Positions 1-9,765 of a stretch of DNA of 64,000 nucleotides are shown here, one piece after another. The stretch is from Eremomyces bilateralis CBS 781.70 (lineage: Eukaryota), in the NCBI GenBank assembly GCA_010015585.1, contig ML975157.1; one strand, 5' to 3'. The notes under the pieces were generated by a model that saw nothing but the letters and a program-made list of their open reading frames with translations, was not told the origin of the DNA and did not search any database. Every line of letters begins with the position of its first letter. Position 1 is the stretch's first letter. The position numbers were made by a program, and so were the translations under genes.

Positions 1-242
1 GCCACCTTCCGCTCTCGCGATGCATCCTGGATACTTGGGTCCTGCAGGAACTTCGTAGCTTGGTCCCGGAGACTGGCTTCGGCGGATGCGGCATCCACAT
101 CCCCAACTGCAACTTCTGCAGTTTTCTTTTCCGGAGAATCGCCCTTTGGTGAAGATGCCACAGCTGCTTCACCATCGGAATGCCCAGGTTGGGCACGCTG
201 CCATGACGGAATACCGGCGGCGTCTTTCTTGGAGAATGCCAT
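1..242 (-). CDS. Peroxin Pex14/17 (Pex33)-like, 5' part; gene runs off the window start
   Basis: Not in the ORF track. Hand translation from ATG 242 gives MAFSKKDAAGIPSWQ...LRDQATKFLQDPSIQDASRERKVA, a Pex14 N-terminal-domain pattern preceded by the IPSWQ motif I associate with fungal Pex14/17. Confidence 0.75.
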   Translation of the reverse strand, partial: MAFSKKDAAGIPSWQRAQPGHSDGEAAVASSPKGDSPEKKTAEVAVGDVDAASAEASLRDQATKFLQDPSIQDASRERKV

Positions 243-423
243 GTCGATTATGTCTAGAATTTCTCAACAACTCTGAACTCTGGAAATGTCTGACTGGTTA
301 TAAGAAATAATCATTCAATTGAAAAGGTCTAGGATGAGCAAATGCATGTGCAGTGGACGTCAGAGTACGTTTCCCTTGAACCCTTCGGGACCTGAGGCTT
401 GTGAGACGGGAGGCGATGGATTG

Positions 424-429
424 CCTCGG
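424..429. promoter_or_regulatory. CCTCGG motif (FarA/FarB-type fatty-acid/peroxisome response element)
   Basis: Exact CCTCGG in the 433-bp gap between two divergent peroxin genes. A 6-mer can occur by chance. Confidence 0.45.
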
Positions 430-675
430 CTTGTGGTTCGGTGATTCCTTCCTCCCGTAAGATCCGATGTCACTGGACCGCTGCACCACTGGCGGCAACC
501 ACGTTCACTGCACCTGCCACTCCACTTCCACCTCCACCTCCATGCACACCTCCCGCGAATCCTCATTCCTCCGCGTCCAACACCTTCACTTCGGAATGCC
601 GACAAAGGAGTAAAGACCAACTCACCACCATCGGCCTATAACATGGATCCGGGATAATGCTCGCGTACACTGACA

Positions 676-2137
676 ATGACCTCCGAGATTGATTCCTCTC
701 CCACTGCATCAAACGGCGCCATGCCTGGATACGCGAACCACTACCCTCCCGCTGACGACCTGTCGTCCTCCCGTATGCTCTCCACCTCCGTCGGCTCCCT
801 CTCCTCCTCCCGACATCAGCAGTCGCAGATCGCGAAGACCTATCGCCAAGCCGCTCAGCTGTTCCTGACTCGACGTCTGCCGGAAGCGTTGTCGACCATC
901 GAACCCGTCATCACACCTCAGCTTCCCGAGGGCTCGGCCGATGTCCCGTTCGATACACATGAGGACTCGCAGAAGCCGAGGGCGGTGGCTCCCATTGCGT
1001 CGGCCTCGCGTGGGACTCGTATCAAAGTATGGAGCTTCTATCTGACCTTCCTCAATGCGGTCGTGGAGCTGGGACACGAGGAGGGGAAGCATGCGTTCGG
1101 CAGTAGCAAATGGCGCGCATTGGTCGCCAAGGCGCGAGATGGCAGCGTATGGGAAGAGGTGGTGCAGAATGGATATGGGGGAAGTGAAAGCGATGTTGAT
1201 CCGGATGTGGTCATCAATCTGTAATGCCCCCGAACTGTACTCATATGCGGCGTTTGACTGACCCTTCTGCAGTGCGACCCTTCTCTTGACACATTGCCCG
1301 GCTCAGACCCTCAACCAACAACGGTTGGAGACATATCTCTCCGCAACAGCAAATCCCACCTTCGACATCACCTCCCGATTATCCTCGTCACAGGGCCTCC
1401 ACCACATCCCCAAGCGATACTCTCCCCCAACCCCCGGCGGAGGCACATCGACGCCCCGAGACCTCAACACCCGGTTAAAGTTGCTCGAACTGTACACCCT
1501 CCACGTCCTCCCGCGCAACGGCGAATGGGAGTATTCCCGCGAATTCATCATGATGAGCGAGGTCCTCGACGACGAACGCAAGGAAGCCTTCCTCGCGGCG
1601 CTCCACTCCCTCAAGGAAGAACGGGAGCAAGCCGAGGAACGGGAGCGCGAGCTCGAGCAATCCCGGGAAGAAGAGATGGAAGCCCGTCGCCGCGAAACCG
1701 AGAAGGAGGCCGACGAGGAGAGAAAGCGGCTGCAGCAGCTGGAGAAGGACGAGCAGCGACGGCGGCAGGATGAGAAGAGACGACGAGCGCCCGTGCAGCC
1801 GGACGCGGTCAGGCCGGAGAGCAGACCCAATCCAATATCAAGATCATCGGGTGCCGCAAGGGAAGATCGACCGGCGCGAAGACCGAGGAAGGCACCACCG
1901 AGTCTCTATAAGCGATTCGGCGCCATGTTTGGTGCGCTCCAGACGCTTCTCCTCAACACCGCGCAAGGACTACGAGCCCGACCGCTGGCTCTGCTGCAGA
2001 CCTTACTGCTCCTGTTGGCGTTCGCGCTGGCCGTTGGCAATCGGGAGATTCGGGAGCGGGTGAAGCGGATTGTGTCGAACGCGTGGCAGCGACTCCGCCA
2101 GACCGTCGGGATGGGGGTCAAGGTTAGCTATATCTAA
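676..2137 (+). CDS. PEX26: Peroxin Pex26 (2 exons: 676-1220, 1273-2137)
   Basis: [41 protein letters not shown], coiled coil, C-terminal TM segment and GMGVKVSYI tail. Intron GTAATG...CTGAC...CAG joins the frames (INL/ATLLLTH). Confidence 0.88.
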
Positions 2138-2519
2138 CGCACAGCCTGATTCACTGTATGCTATGTACTCGCGTAACTGTGGGATAGTGATGGACTAATG
2201 GACATATTAAGCTTCATTTGGGAGCCCCTGAGACCCTGATTGTGATCCGTTTCGTCATAGCGACACTGGTGGGCACTCTTATAGCGTATGCTAGGCATGT
2301 GCTCAGAAGCGGAGATCCCTTCTACTCTGCCTCAGGTTTGTTTCCTCAATGTGAGGCTATCTCCACAACCTCATCCCCCTGCTCATCATCTACCGTCTTG
2401 CTCAGTTCCTTCCCGCATCTAGCTCGATTTAGTTCGCGTCCACACCCGTATTCTCAGCGTATATTTCCCTCGGCCGTCTATTTTTGATCCAATTTGCCGA
2501 TCAGAGTTACGTATTCATA

Positions 2520-3389
2520 ATGTCACGCCCCGATTCAAGTCGGAGGGAGTCGAGCAAGCGCTCCTCGAGAAGCTCCACTATACCATCCGGCTGAAGCAGT
2601 GCGCCCTGGTGGAGGTGGATCAGTTCGCCAAAGGAGAGACGGACGCGAAGAGGAGGAAAGAACGTGCGCAGCGTAAGGCGGACCGGATGGCACAGGGCGA
2701 AGTAGGAATATCCCCCGTCCTCGAGCACGGCTACGGTAAACTGACTGGCTACCATAGGAGAGGATCCGTGCCGAGATAGACGATTTGGACATGGACACTG
2801 AGATCGAGATCATCCATAATCGAGAACTAAAGTCGACTCCGCCCTCTTTGTTTTAGCCGATCACCATGGAGATCATGGAAAATCGACAACCGCAGTCGAC
2901 CCATCATCCACTCTTCAAGCGACCACCATCTAGAGCGGCGACCTACCCCCATCGTCGCCGGAGACGCCGCCGGTGGACACCCAAGCGGCGTCCCCTCCGC
3001 AGCAGATCACCATGCGCTGCGGCACCGGGCTATCCTACATGAACAGCTCCGTCAAAGTCAAAGGCTGCTACGACCCCGAATATGTCCTCGACTATCCCCC
3101 TACCATCATCACCAAAGACCTCTACCAGGAACTGCGCTGCCCTGAATGTCAAGTCAACGCGCGCTATTTCAACGGCGAGATGATTCGGTATATAAAATGG
3201 TGCGTGGGCATGGCGACGTACTTAAGGAAGATGCGTGCCAATAAGTTTGAGTACATGAATATGAAGCATGTGGTAATGATCACAGGGACGCCGTTGTCGG
3301 TGGAGACGATGAAGGCGCTGTGGGAGGCGCTGAGGACGGGGGAGAGGTCGAAGTTTAAGGTGGAGGTGAGCTATACTAGTAAGTACTGA
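2520..3389 (+). pseudogene. Disrupted paralog of the 4342-5287 orphan gene
   Basis: Exon 1 (EQALLEKLHYTIRLKQCALVEVDQFAKGETDAKRRKERAQRKADRMAQGE), intron 2702-2757 and C-terminal RCPEC...EALRTG all match the neighbour. ATG 2520 is out of frame with the coiled coil, and TAG stops occur at 2854-2856 and 2931-2933. Confidence 0.6.
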
Positions 3390-3865
3390 TAGAGGGCAGT
3401 AGGACGTCCAGTTCATGTTCTGGTATTCGTTAGCTTGTCAGTTGCACGACGAGGGAGTGGGAACACGAGCTATGAGCGATGTAGATATGGATTTAATACT
3501 AAACAATTACTATGATGTGATCAAGGTCATCGAGACCACCTAGGTATCTTGCCGTGCCTAAGCATTATATGCTTTCTAATCGTCGTTATTCCGGGAATTG
3601 GAGTCTACCTTATAGTTAAAGATCATGTAACTATCATTCCGCCAGTCCAAGACCACACCGTAATATTCTTCAACGTATAAACAACAGAGTAAGACCACTC
3701 AAGCGGCCGACTACTGATAGCTACTTCATAGGACGATCATCTCGTCGGCATGTGTCGCTCGATCGCCGTGGGACACAGCGATCTGTGTTATTACTCAAAA
3801 CTCAACACCTGGGCATCAGTCTGTATTGGCCTTATCACCATCCCTCTGATATAAAGCCTTGCCGA

Positions 3866-4021
3866 GTTTTGTTTACTTCTTCCAGTTTTGCTGACTGCCT
3901 TTTCCTCCTCTTCCTGTTTTGTTGACTCCCTTTTCCTCTTCCAGTTTTGTTGACTCCCTTTCCTCCTCCTGTTTTGTTGACTCCCTTTTCCTCCTCTTCC
4001 CGTTTTGTTGATTCCTTTCCC
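3866..4021. repeat. Minisatellite, about 6 units mostly 27-31 bp (GTTTTGTTGACTCCCTTTTCCTCCTCTTCC)
   Basis: Units start at 3866, 3885, 3916, 3944, 3971 and 4002; the first and last are truncated. Confidence 0.9.
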
Positions 4022-4341
4022 ACAGTCAACTTCCGCATCTCACCAAGTATTCACCCCATGAATGCAAGGTGGAACCTTTCCATGGACCTTCATCAAGGAC
4101 CTTACTTTGTCCAGTGAGTATTTAGCACTCCTCTCTTTCATCTCGAAGTCGCTCAGTCGTTTTTCAGCACCGGAACCCAAAGTCATCCCAGGACTGAATT
4201 TTACAAGACTAAAGGGACTCACAAATACAAACCAGCAACAAGTCTGAGGTGTTTACCTCTAGCCATAGAAAGCCACGTCTAGGTGCTGACTTCTGATTTC
4301 GCGGCAGAAAAAGAAACCTGAAAACATCAACTGCATCAACG

Positions 4342-5287
4342 ATGGCATCTCACGATGTAAGCCGGATGGAAGGCCACCGACGCGTGCAAGGACAGCTCCA
4401 GGCCGCAGTTGAGGCGAGATTGTTGGCCCTGAGTGAGATCAGTCGATACGCCGAGGAAGAGCGAGTGGCAAGAGTGAAGAGGGAGAGAGCCCAGCAGACG
4501 GTGGAACAGATGGCAGAACTCGAGGTATGTAAGACATATACTTGCGGTGAAAAGCCACTGACCGGTGATACAATAACAGGACATACTTCGCGCTGAGATG
4601 GGAGCCTTGTCCATGGCTATTCAATCTGGCACCGATGTTTACCAGTACGGTGATCGGGAGTCTACCGTGGGAACCCATCTGGACCACAACAATATCGATC
4701 ACAATGATCTCGCTTCAAATGCGGCCCTGACCGACCGATCTTCTTCCTCTGGGCATACGTTCAACCTCCCCCAGAACGATGGATCTGGCGTAATCTTCGA
4801 GCACGTTGCTCCATGGTCTGAATCCAGTGGGAGCGCCAGCACCTCTTCGAGAGCCCCTTCTTCTAGAGCCCCCTCATCCGGGGACCTGTCATCTGCGGCC
4901 CCATCATCGAGAGCCTCCCCTGAGCTTCTTGGCGAAAAAGCTCGTACTGCCCCGGAATACCTCGAGGACTGGCCATGCATTGTCAAGGAAGATGGCGTCT
5001 ACTACGAGGTTCGTTGTCCGGAATGCGGAGCCAACGCCGGACACTGTGCAAGGTTGAATGGTGCTCTCCGACATTTCCGAGGCTGTAACGGGATGGCTAC
5101 GCATATGCGACTGATGCATCGCGACAAGTACCAAAAGCCGGATTGGAAAACGGCGTTCAAGGTCGGGGCGCACCCGTTGCCAGCGGATCAGGTGGTGGCT
5201 CTGGAGGAGGCCCTGCGCACTGGGGATGTGTCGAGGTTCCATGTGGATTTGGTTTGGGTCCCGAAGACCGCCAGATCCAAGTCCTAG
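4342..5287 (+). CDS. Hypothetical protein: N-terminal coiled coil, Ser-rich linker, C-terminal CxxC...HxxxxH zinc-finger-like domain (exons 4342-4524, 4580-5287)
   Basis: Phase-0 intron GTATGT...CTGAC...CAG joins the ORFs (ELE/DILRAEMGAL). Motif RCPECGANA...GMATHMRLMH. Confidence 0.75.
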
Positions 5288-5701
5288 ATCATAGATGAGA
5301 AGGTCATGGTCCCTAGCCGATGATCTTCATTTTGGTCAGCCACAAGAGGGTCGACGTTGATGATACGGAGCATGCTGTTTTGAAATGGACCGGGTTGGAA
5401 CATTGGTGTAAGATAATGGGTTGGTGCTGATAGGTATTGGACTGTACGATGCTGTACGATGTCGCTGTCGTTTGTGTGGAGAGGGAACTGCAAGGGCCAA
5501 GGGTGGAGGACATGGAGCTCCAGCCGTGGTTCACTCCGGGGATTCGGACGTCACGGTTCACTCTTCATAATTGTAACTCACGATCCTCATAAATCGAAAC
5601 TGTACGATATAAATGATGCTCGCTGCTGGAATAATCGGAATCTGCGTCCATGAATAATGGAGGATACATGACATTGCCATGCGACATCCCCACCTTCCAC
5701 C

Positions 5702-8700
5702 ATGCTCAATGCATTCACAGCTCGACCGATTGTCGAGCTCAAGCAGCGCGATAAGTCCAAAATCGAATCGATATTAACCTATGGTTCGGATTATGCTTTG
5801 GATATGCTAGCTCTAACTAACCATCTGAAGGTGACCGCCTCCTTGTCGGCCTAAATACAGGCTGTCTCCGCATCTACCGCGTTAATGATGCCGGTCCCGA
5901 GAATGTCCCTACCACCACGAACTCCGAAGCCAACGAGCCGGATACTGCTCATCCAACTCCTCGAGCCGTCGATCTCCTTCGCGAGGAAGAGAAATTCTCC
6001 CGCAAGCCCGTGCAACAGCTCGCGATCATCAAAGAGGCGAACATCCTAGTCTCCCTCTCGGAGAGCTACGTCTCCATCTACGACCTCCAGACATACACGC
6101 TTTCCGAGCGGCTAGAGCGCACCAAAGGCGCCAGCTGCTTCGCGGTGACATCGAACATTGTCAAGGATCCAAACACGGGAATTCCAAGCATCGTGTCGAA
6201 GCTCGCGGTAGCGGTAAAGAGGCAGCTATTGGTCTGGATATGGCAGGACATGGAACTTGAAGCAGAGGTGGTGGAGATAACGCTAAGGAATGCGATCAAG
6301 AGCTTGACGTGGGCGACAGGGTCAAAGATGATTGCGGGTATGGATGCGGGGTTCGTGTTGATTAATGTCGAGTCGATGGAAATCCTGGATATTATCAAGG
6401 GAAGCAATGCGCTCGCGACCGGTGAAGTACAAGAGGGTGTGCGGTTTGGCGGCATCAGCTCTTCTGGAATGGGCTATATGACAATGAGTAGCTGGGTGCC
6501 CAAGCCTCTGGCGACGAAGCTTGGGGAAGGGCAGCTACTGTTGTCGAAGGATGTGAATACGCTTTTCATCGACGAAACCGGGAAAGATCTGGAAAAGCGA
6601 CAAGTGCCCTGGGCGTACGCACCCGAAGCCATCGGCTACTCATACCCGTATCTCCTCGCTCTGCAGAGCCCTTCTAAAGGAATCATGGAGGTTCGAAACC
6701 CCGATACGCTGTCCCTCTTACAGTCGGTCCAGGTTCCCAGTGCATCGACTCTGCACGTACCGCAACCGAATATCAGCTTGGCACACGCGGGGAAGGGGTT
6801 CCTCGTGAGCAGCGACCGGACAATTTGGCGGATGAGCGCGCTCAGCTACGACACCCAAATCGACGAGCTCGCGAGCCAAGGACGATATGACGAGGCCATC
6901 AGCCTACTGGGCATGCTTGAAGAGACGCTGCTCAAGGATAAGGAGGGTCGGATCCGCGAATTTAAAATACTGAAGGCCCAAGGGCTATTCAACCGGCGCA
7001 AGTACCGCGAAGCATTTGAGCTGTTCGGCGAGGCGGCTGCTCCTCCGCAGCGAGTGATCGCGCCGTTTCCCAAGTCTATTGCTGCGGACCTCGCTGAAGA
7101 GGAACCCGAAGGTAGCGACGAAGCAGATGGGGGGTCTGTTACCATTGATGGTAGTTCGGAGCCGACCCAAGTTGCCGCAAAGGCAGTACCCAGTCAAACA
7201 CCGTCATCTTCTACCAACAAATCCATGTTAGGGCGGCTGCAACGGAAACCCGACTCCTCTGACACCAGCTCAGTCAAATCCATGGCCAGCGAATCTCCTT
7301 ACAAGAGCAAAGGATCTCCCACCGATAAGTCCCTCGAAGGCAAGGACCTCGTCGTGGCAGTAAAGGAACTCTGTCGCTTCCTTGTCGGCATTCACGGCCA
7401 ACTAATTACCAAATATTTACACACGAACGGCACGCTGCGGCGCGAAAATGGCGAATCCCCGGCGGATTTCGTGAGTCGCCGCCCCCCCTTCCGTCACCTA
7501 CTCCTTGAATTCGACCAGCTCGAACCATCCGAGTACGAAAGCAAGCTTCACGAGACGGCGATCTTGGTCGATACGACTCTCTTCCGCGGGTACATGCTTG
7601 CCAGCCCCAGCCTCGCCGGGTCGCTATTCCGGCTGCCCAACTGGTGCGATCCCGCCGTGGTCAAGGAGAAGCTATACGAGAGCGGACGGTACGGGGACCT
7701 CATCGACTTTCTCCACGGCAAGCGCCTCCATCGCGAGGCGTTGGAGCTGCTCGAGAAATTCGGCAAAGACGAGGCCGACGAGGCGGTCAACCCGGCGCTC
7801 AAAGGGCCGCACCGCACTGTCGCATATCTGCAGCAGCTCCCGCCATCCATGATCGATTTGATCCTCGAGTTTGCGGAATGGCCCATCCGTGCGGACGAAA
7901 AGCTCGGGATGGAAGTTTTCCTCGCGGATTCAGAGAACGCCGAGACGCTTCCGCGAGATCGAGTGGTGGAGTTCTTGAAGGGGATCACGACGAGCCTCGC
8001 GGTGCGGTATCTGGAACATGTGATCCATGAGCTGGACGACCAAACCAGCCAGTTCCACCAGCAGCTGATCGATTTGTATTTGAAGAGGCTGCAGGCGAAA
8101 GATGGGGAGGGCCAGGAGGAATTTGCGTCGCAGGAGGAGAGGACGGAGTGGGTGGAACGGTTGCAGGTGTTCCTCAGAACAAGTACGCAATATAGCAAGG
8201 CACGGGTGTTCAAACATTTGCCGACGGATGGTAAGTGTGATTCTGATGTTGAGAAATGTTCGTTTCTCTGACGTGTACAGATCCGGAATTCTTTGAATGC
8301 CGCGCGATAGTCCTCAGCAAGATGGGACAGCATAAGCAGGCCCTCCAGATTTACGTCTTCCAGATGCAAGACCACGACAGAGCTGAGGAGTAAGTCGTCC
8401 ACCGTATCTCTTCCTCAACGCTGGCTAACCCACCCTCAGATACTGCAACCAGACCTTCCTTTCCCGTCAAGCCGATCCCAGCGACCATCCTTCCAAACCC
8501 CTCATCCCCAGCACCGAAGCCGACAACCCCGAAATATCGATCTACCACGTCCTCCTTGCCCTCTACCTCACCCCTCCCCCGCCGCACAAACCCAACTTTG
8601 GCCCCGCCCTCGCGCTGGTCTCCAAACACGGCGCGCGGCTCCCCGCGGCGTCGACCATCGACCTCATCCCCTCCTCCCTACCGGTCAACGAGCTCGAATC

Positions 8701-8986
8701 TTATTTCCGCGGCCGCATCCGGTCGGATACGTCGCTGGCGAACGAAGAGCGGGTGGCGGCGCGGTTGCGCGGCGTGCAGAAGGTCGCGGTGGACGATCGG
8801 TTGCTGTTGGGGGAGCGGAATCGGCGGGTGGTGATCCAGGAGGAGCGATTGTGTAGTGTCTGCCATAAGCGGTTTGGCAGCAGTGCGATTCGGGTGTATC
8901 CGAACAATACGGTGGTGCATTATGGCTGTTCGGGGGCGGCAGCGGCGAGGGTGGGTGGAGAGCGGGGGCAGCGGTGGGGATTATAA
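5702..8986 (+). CDS. VPS39: HOPS subunit Vps39/Vam6 (4 exons; introns about 5784-5830, 8231-8280, 8390-8439)
   Basis: Start MLNAFTARPIVELKQRDKSKIESIL, CNH-like domain, SLFRLPNWCDP, C-terminal CSVCHKRFG...VHYGC zinc motif. Confidence 0.93.
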
Positions 8987-9109
8987 TGCTGTAGAGAACC
9001 GAGAATACCATGCACGATTCCTTGTACATGTGGTGCTCCTTGATAGAAAGAAATGACACGTGAAGGGACAGTGACACGACCTCCGCTGCCTTCGATCACT
9101 GGAGGTCTT

Positions 9110-9376
9110 CTATCCTTCATCTTCAACATTCTCCTCCCCATAAAGATCCTCCTCCTTCGCATCGACCGTCACGCCTTTTGCAGCCTCGTCCGCCATCTTC
9201 TGCGTCAGGAACGTGTTGATTTGGTCCTGAAGATTGCCGATTTCACGGCGTGCCGCTTGGAGATAGTCGGAGAGCTCGGCGGATCCTTCCTGACCGTCTG
9301 GCATCGTGAGAAGCGGCGCGGAGAAGTCCTTGGCCTCGGACGGGCCGGAGTAGGTGGCTGTGACCTTGGAGGGCAT
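9110..9376 (-). CDS. GON7: EKC/KEOPS complex subunit Gon7
   Basis: 88 aa with YL..AR...GNLQDQINTFLTQKM and an EEDLYGEE acidic tail typical of fungal Gon7. Confidence 0.85.
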   Translation of the reverse strand: MPSKVTATYSGPSEAKDFSAPLLTMPDGQEGSAELSDYLQAARREIGNLQDQINTFLTQKMADEAAKGVTVDAKEEDLYGEENVEDEG

Positions 9377-9393
9377 GATTGGGGAACGGACAC

Positions 9394-9420
9394 TGATGGA
9401 CTTGATGGACTTGATGGACT
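9394..9420. repeat. (TGATGGACT)x3 tandem repeat just upstream of GON7
   Basis: Three consecutive 9-bp copies read directly. Confidence 0.8.
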
Positions 9421-9765
9421 TTGATTGTGATGAAACGATATATAAGAGTGGTAAGAGTAATCTGTGACGTTGACGATGGAATTATTGATGGATCCTATGG
9501 ATACATCATTCCGGTCCACTCTTCACTGTGGCATTTCCCTAGCGGATTGCGGGGCCTGGTATTTACACGACGTCCTTCATCTCACTCTTGTGTTCGTCCA
9601 TGTTTCAGCATCATATAATACATTTGATCCGATATATTGATACCATACATTGATACCATGATGAAGTACCTAATTGTACATGGATGTGGACGCGGTTGTA
9701 AGTGATCCTGATAGTAGGGTTCCTGTGGTATTATTAGCATCAAACAGACCACGAGTTGTACAATC

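Noticed and set aside
3866..4021. Minisatellite as a CRISPR array or as the coding ORF 3835-4038
   Set aside because: No unique spacers, eukaryotic context, and unit lengths shift the reading frame.
7548..8402. Long antisense or alternate-frame ORFs (this one, 13179-13853, 27509-28192, 62296-62925 and others)
   Set aside because: Shadows of GC-rich coding sequence; no recognisable motifs.
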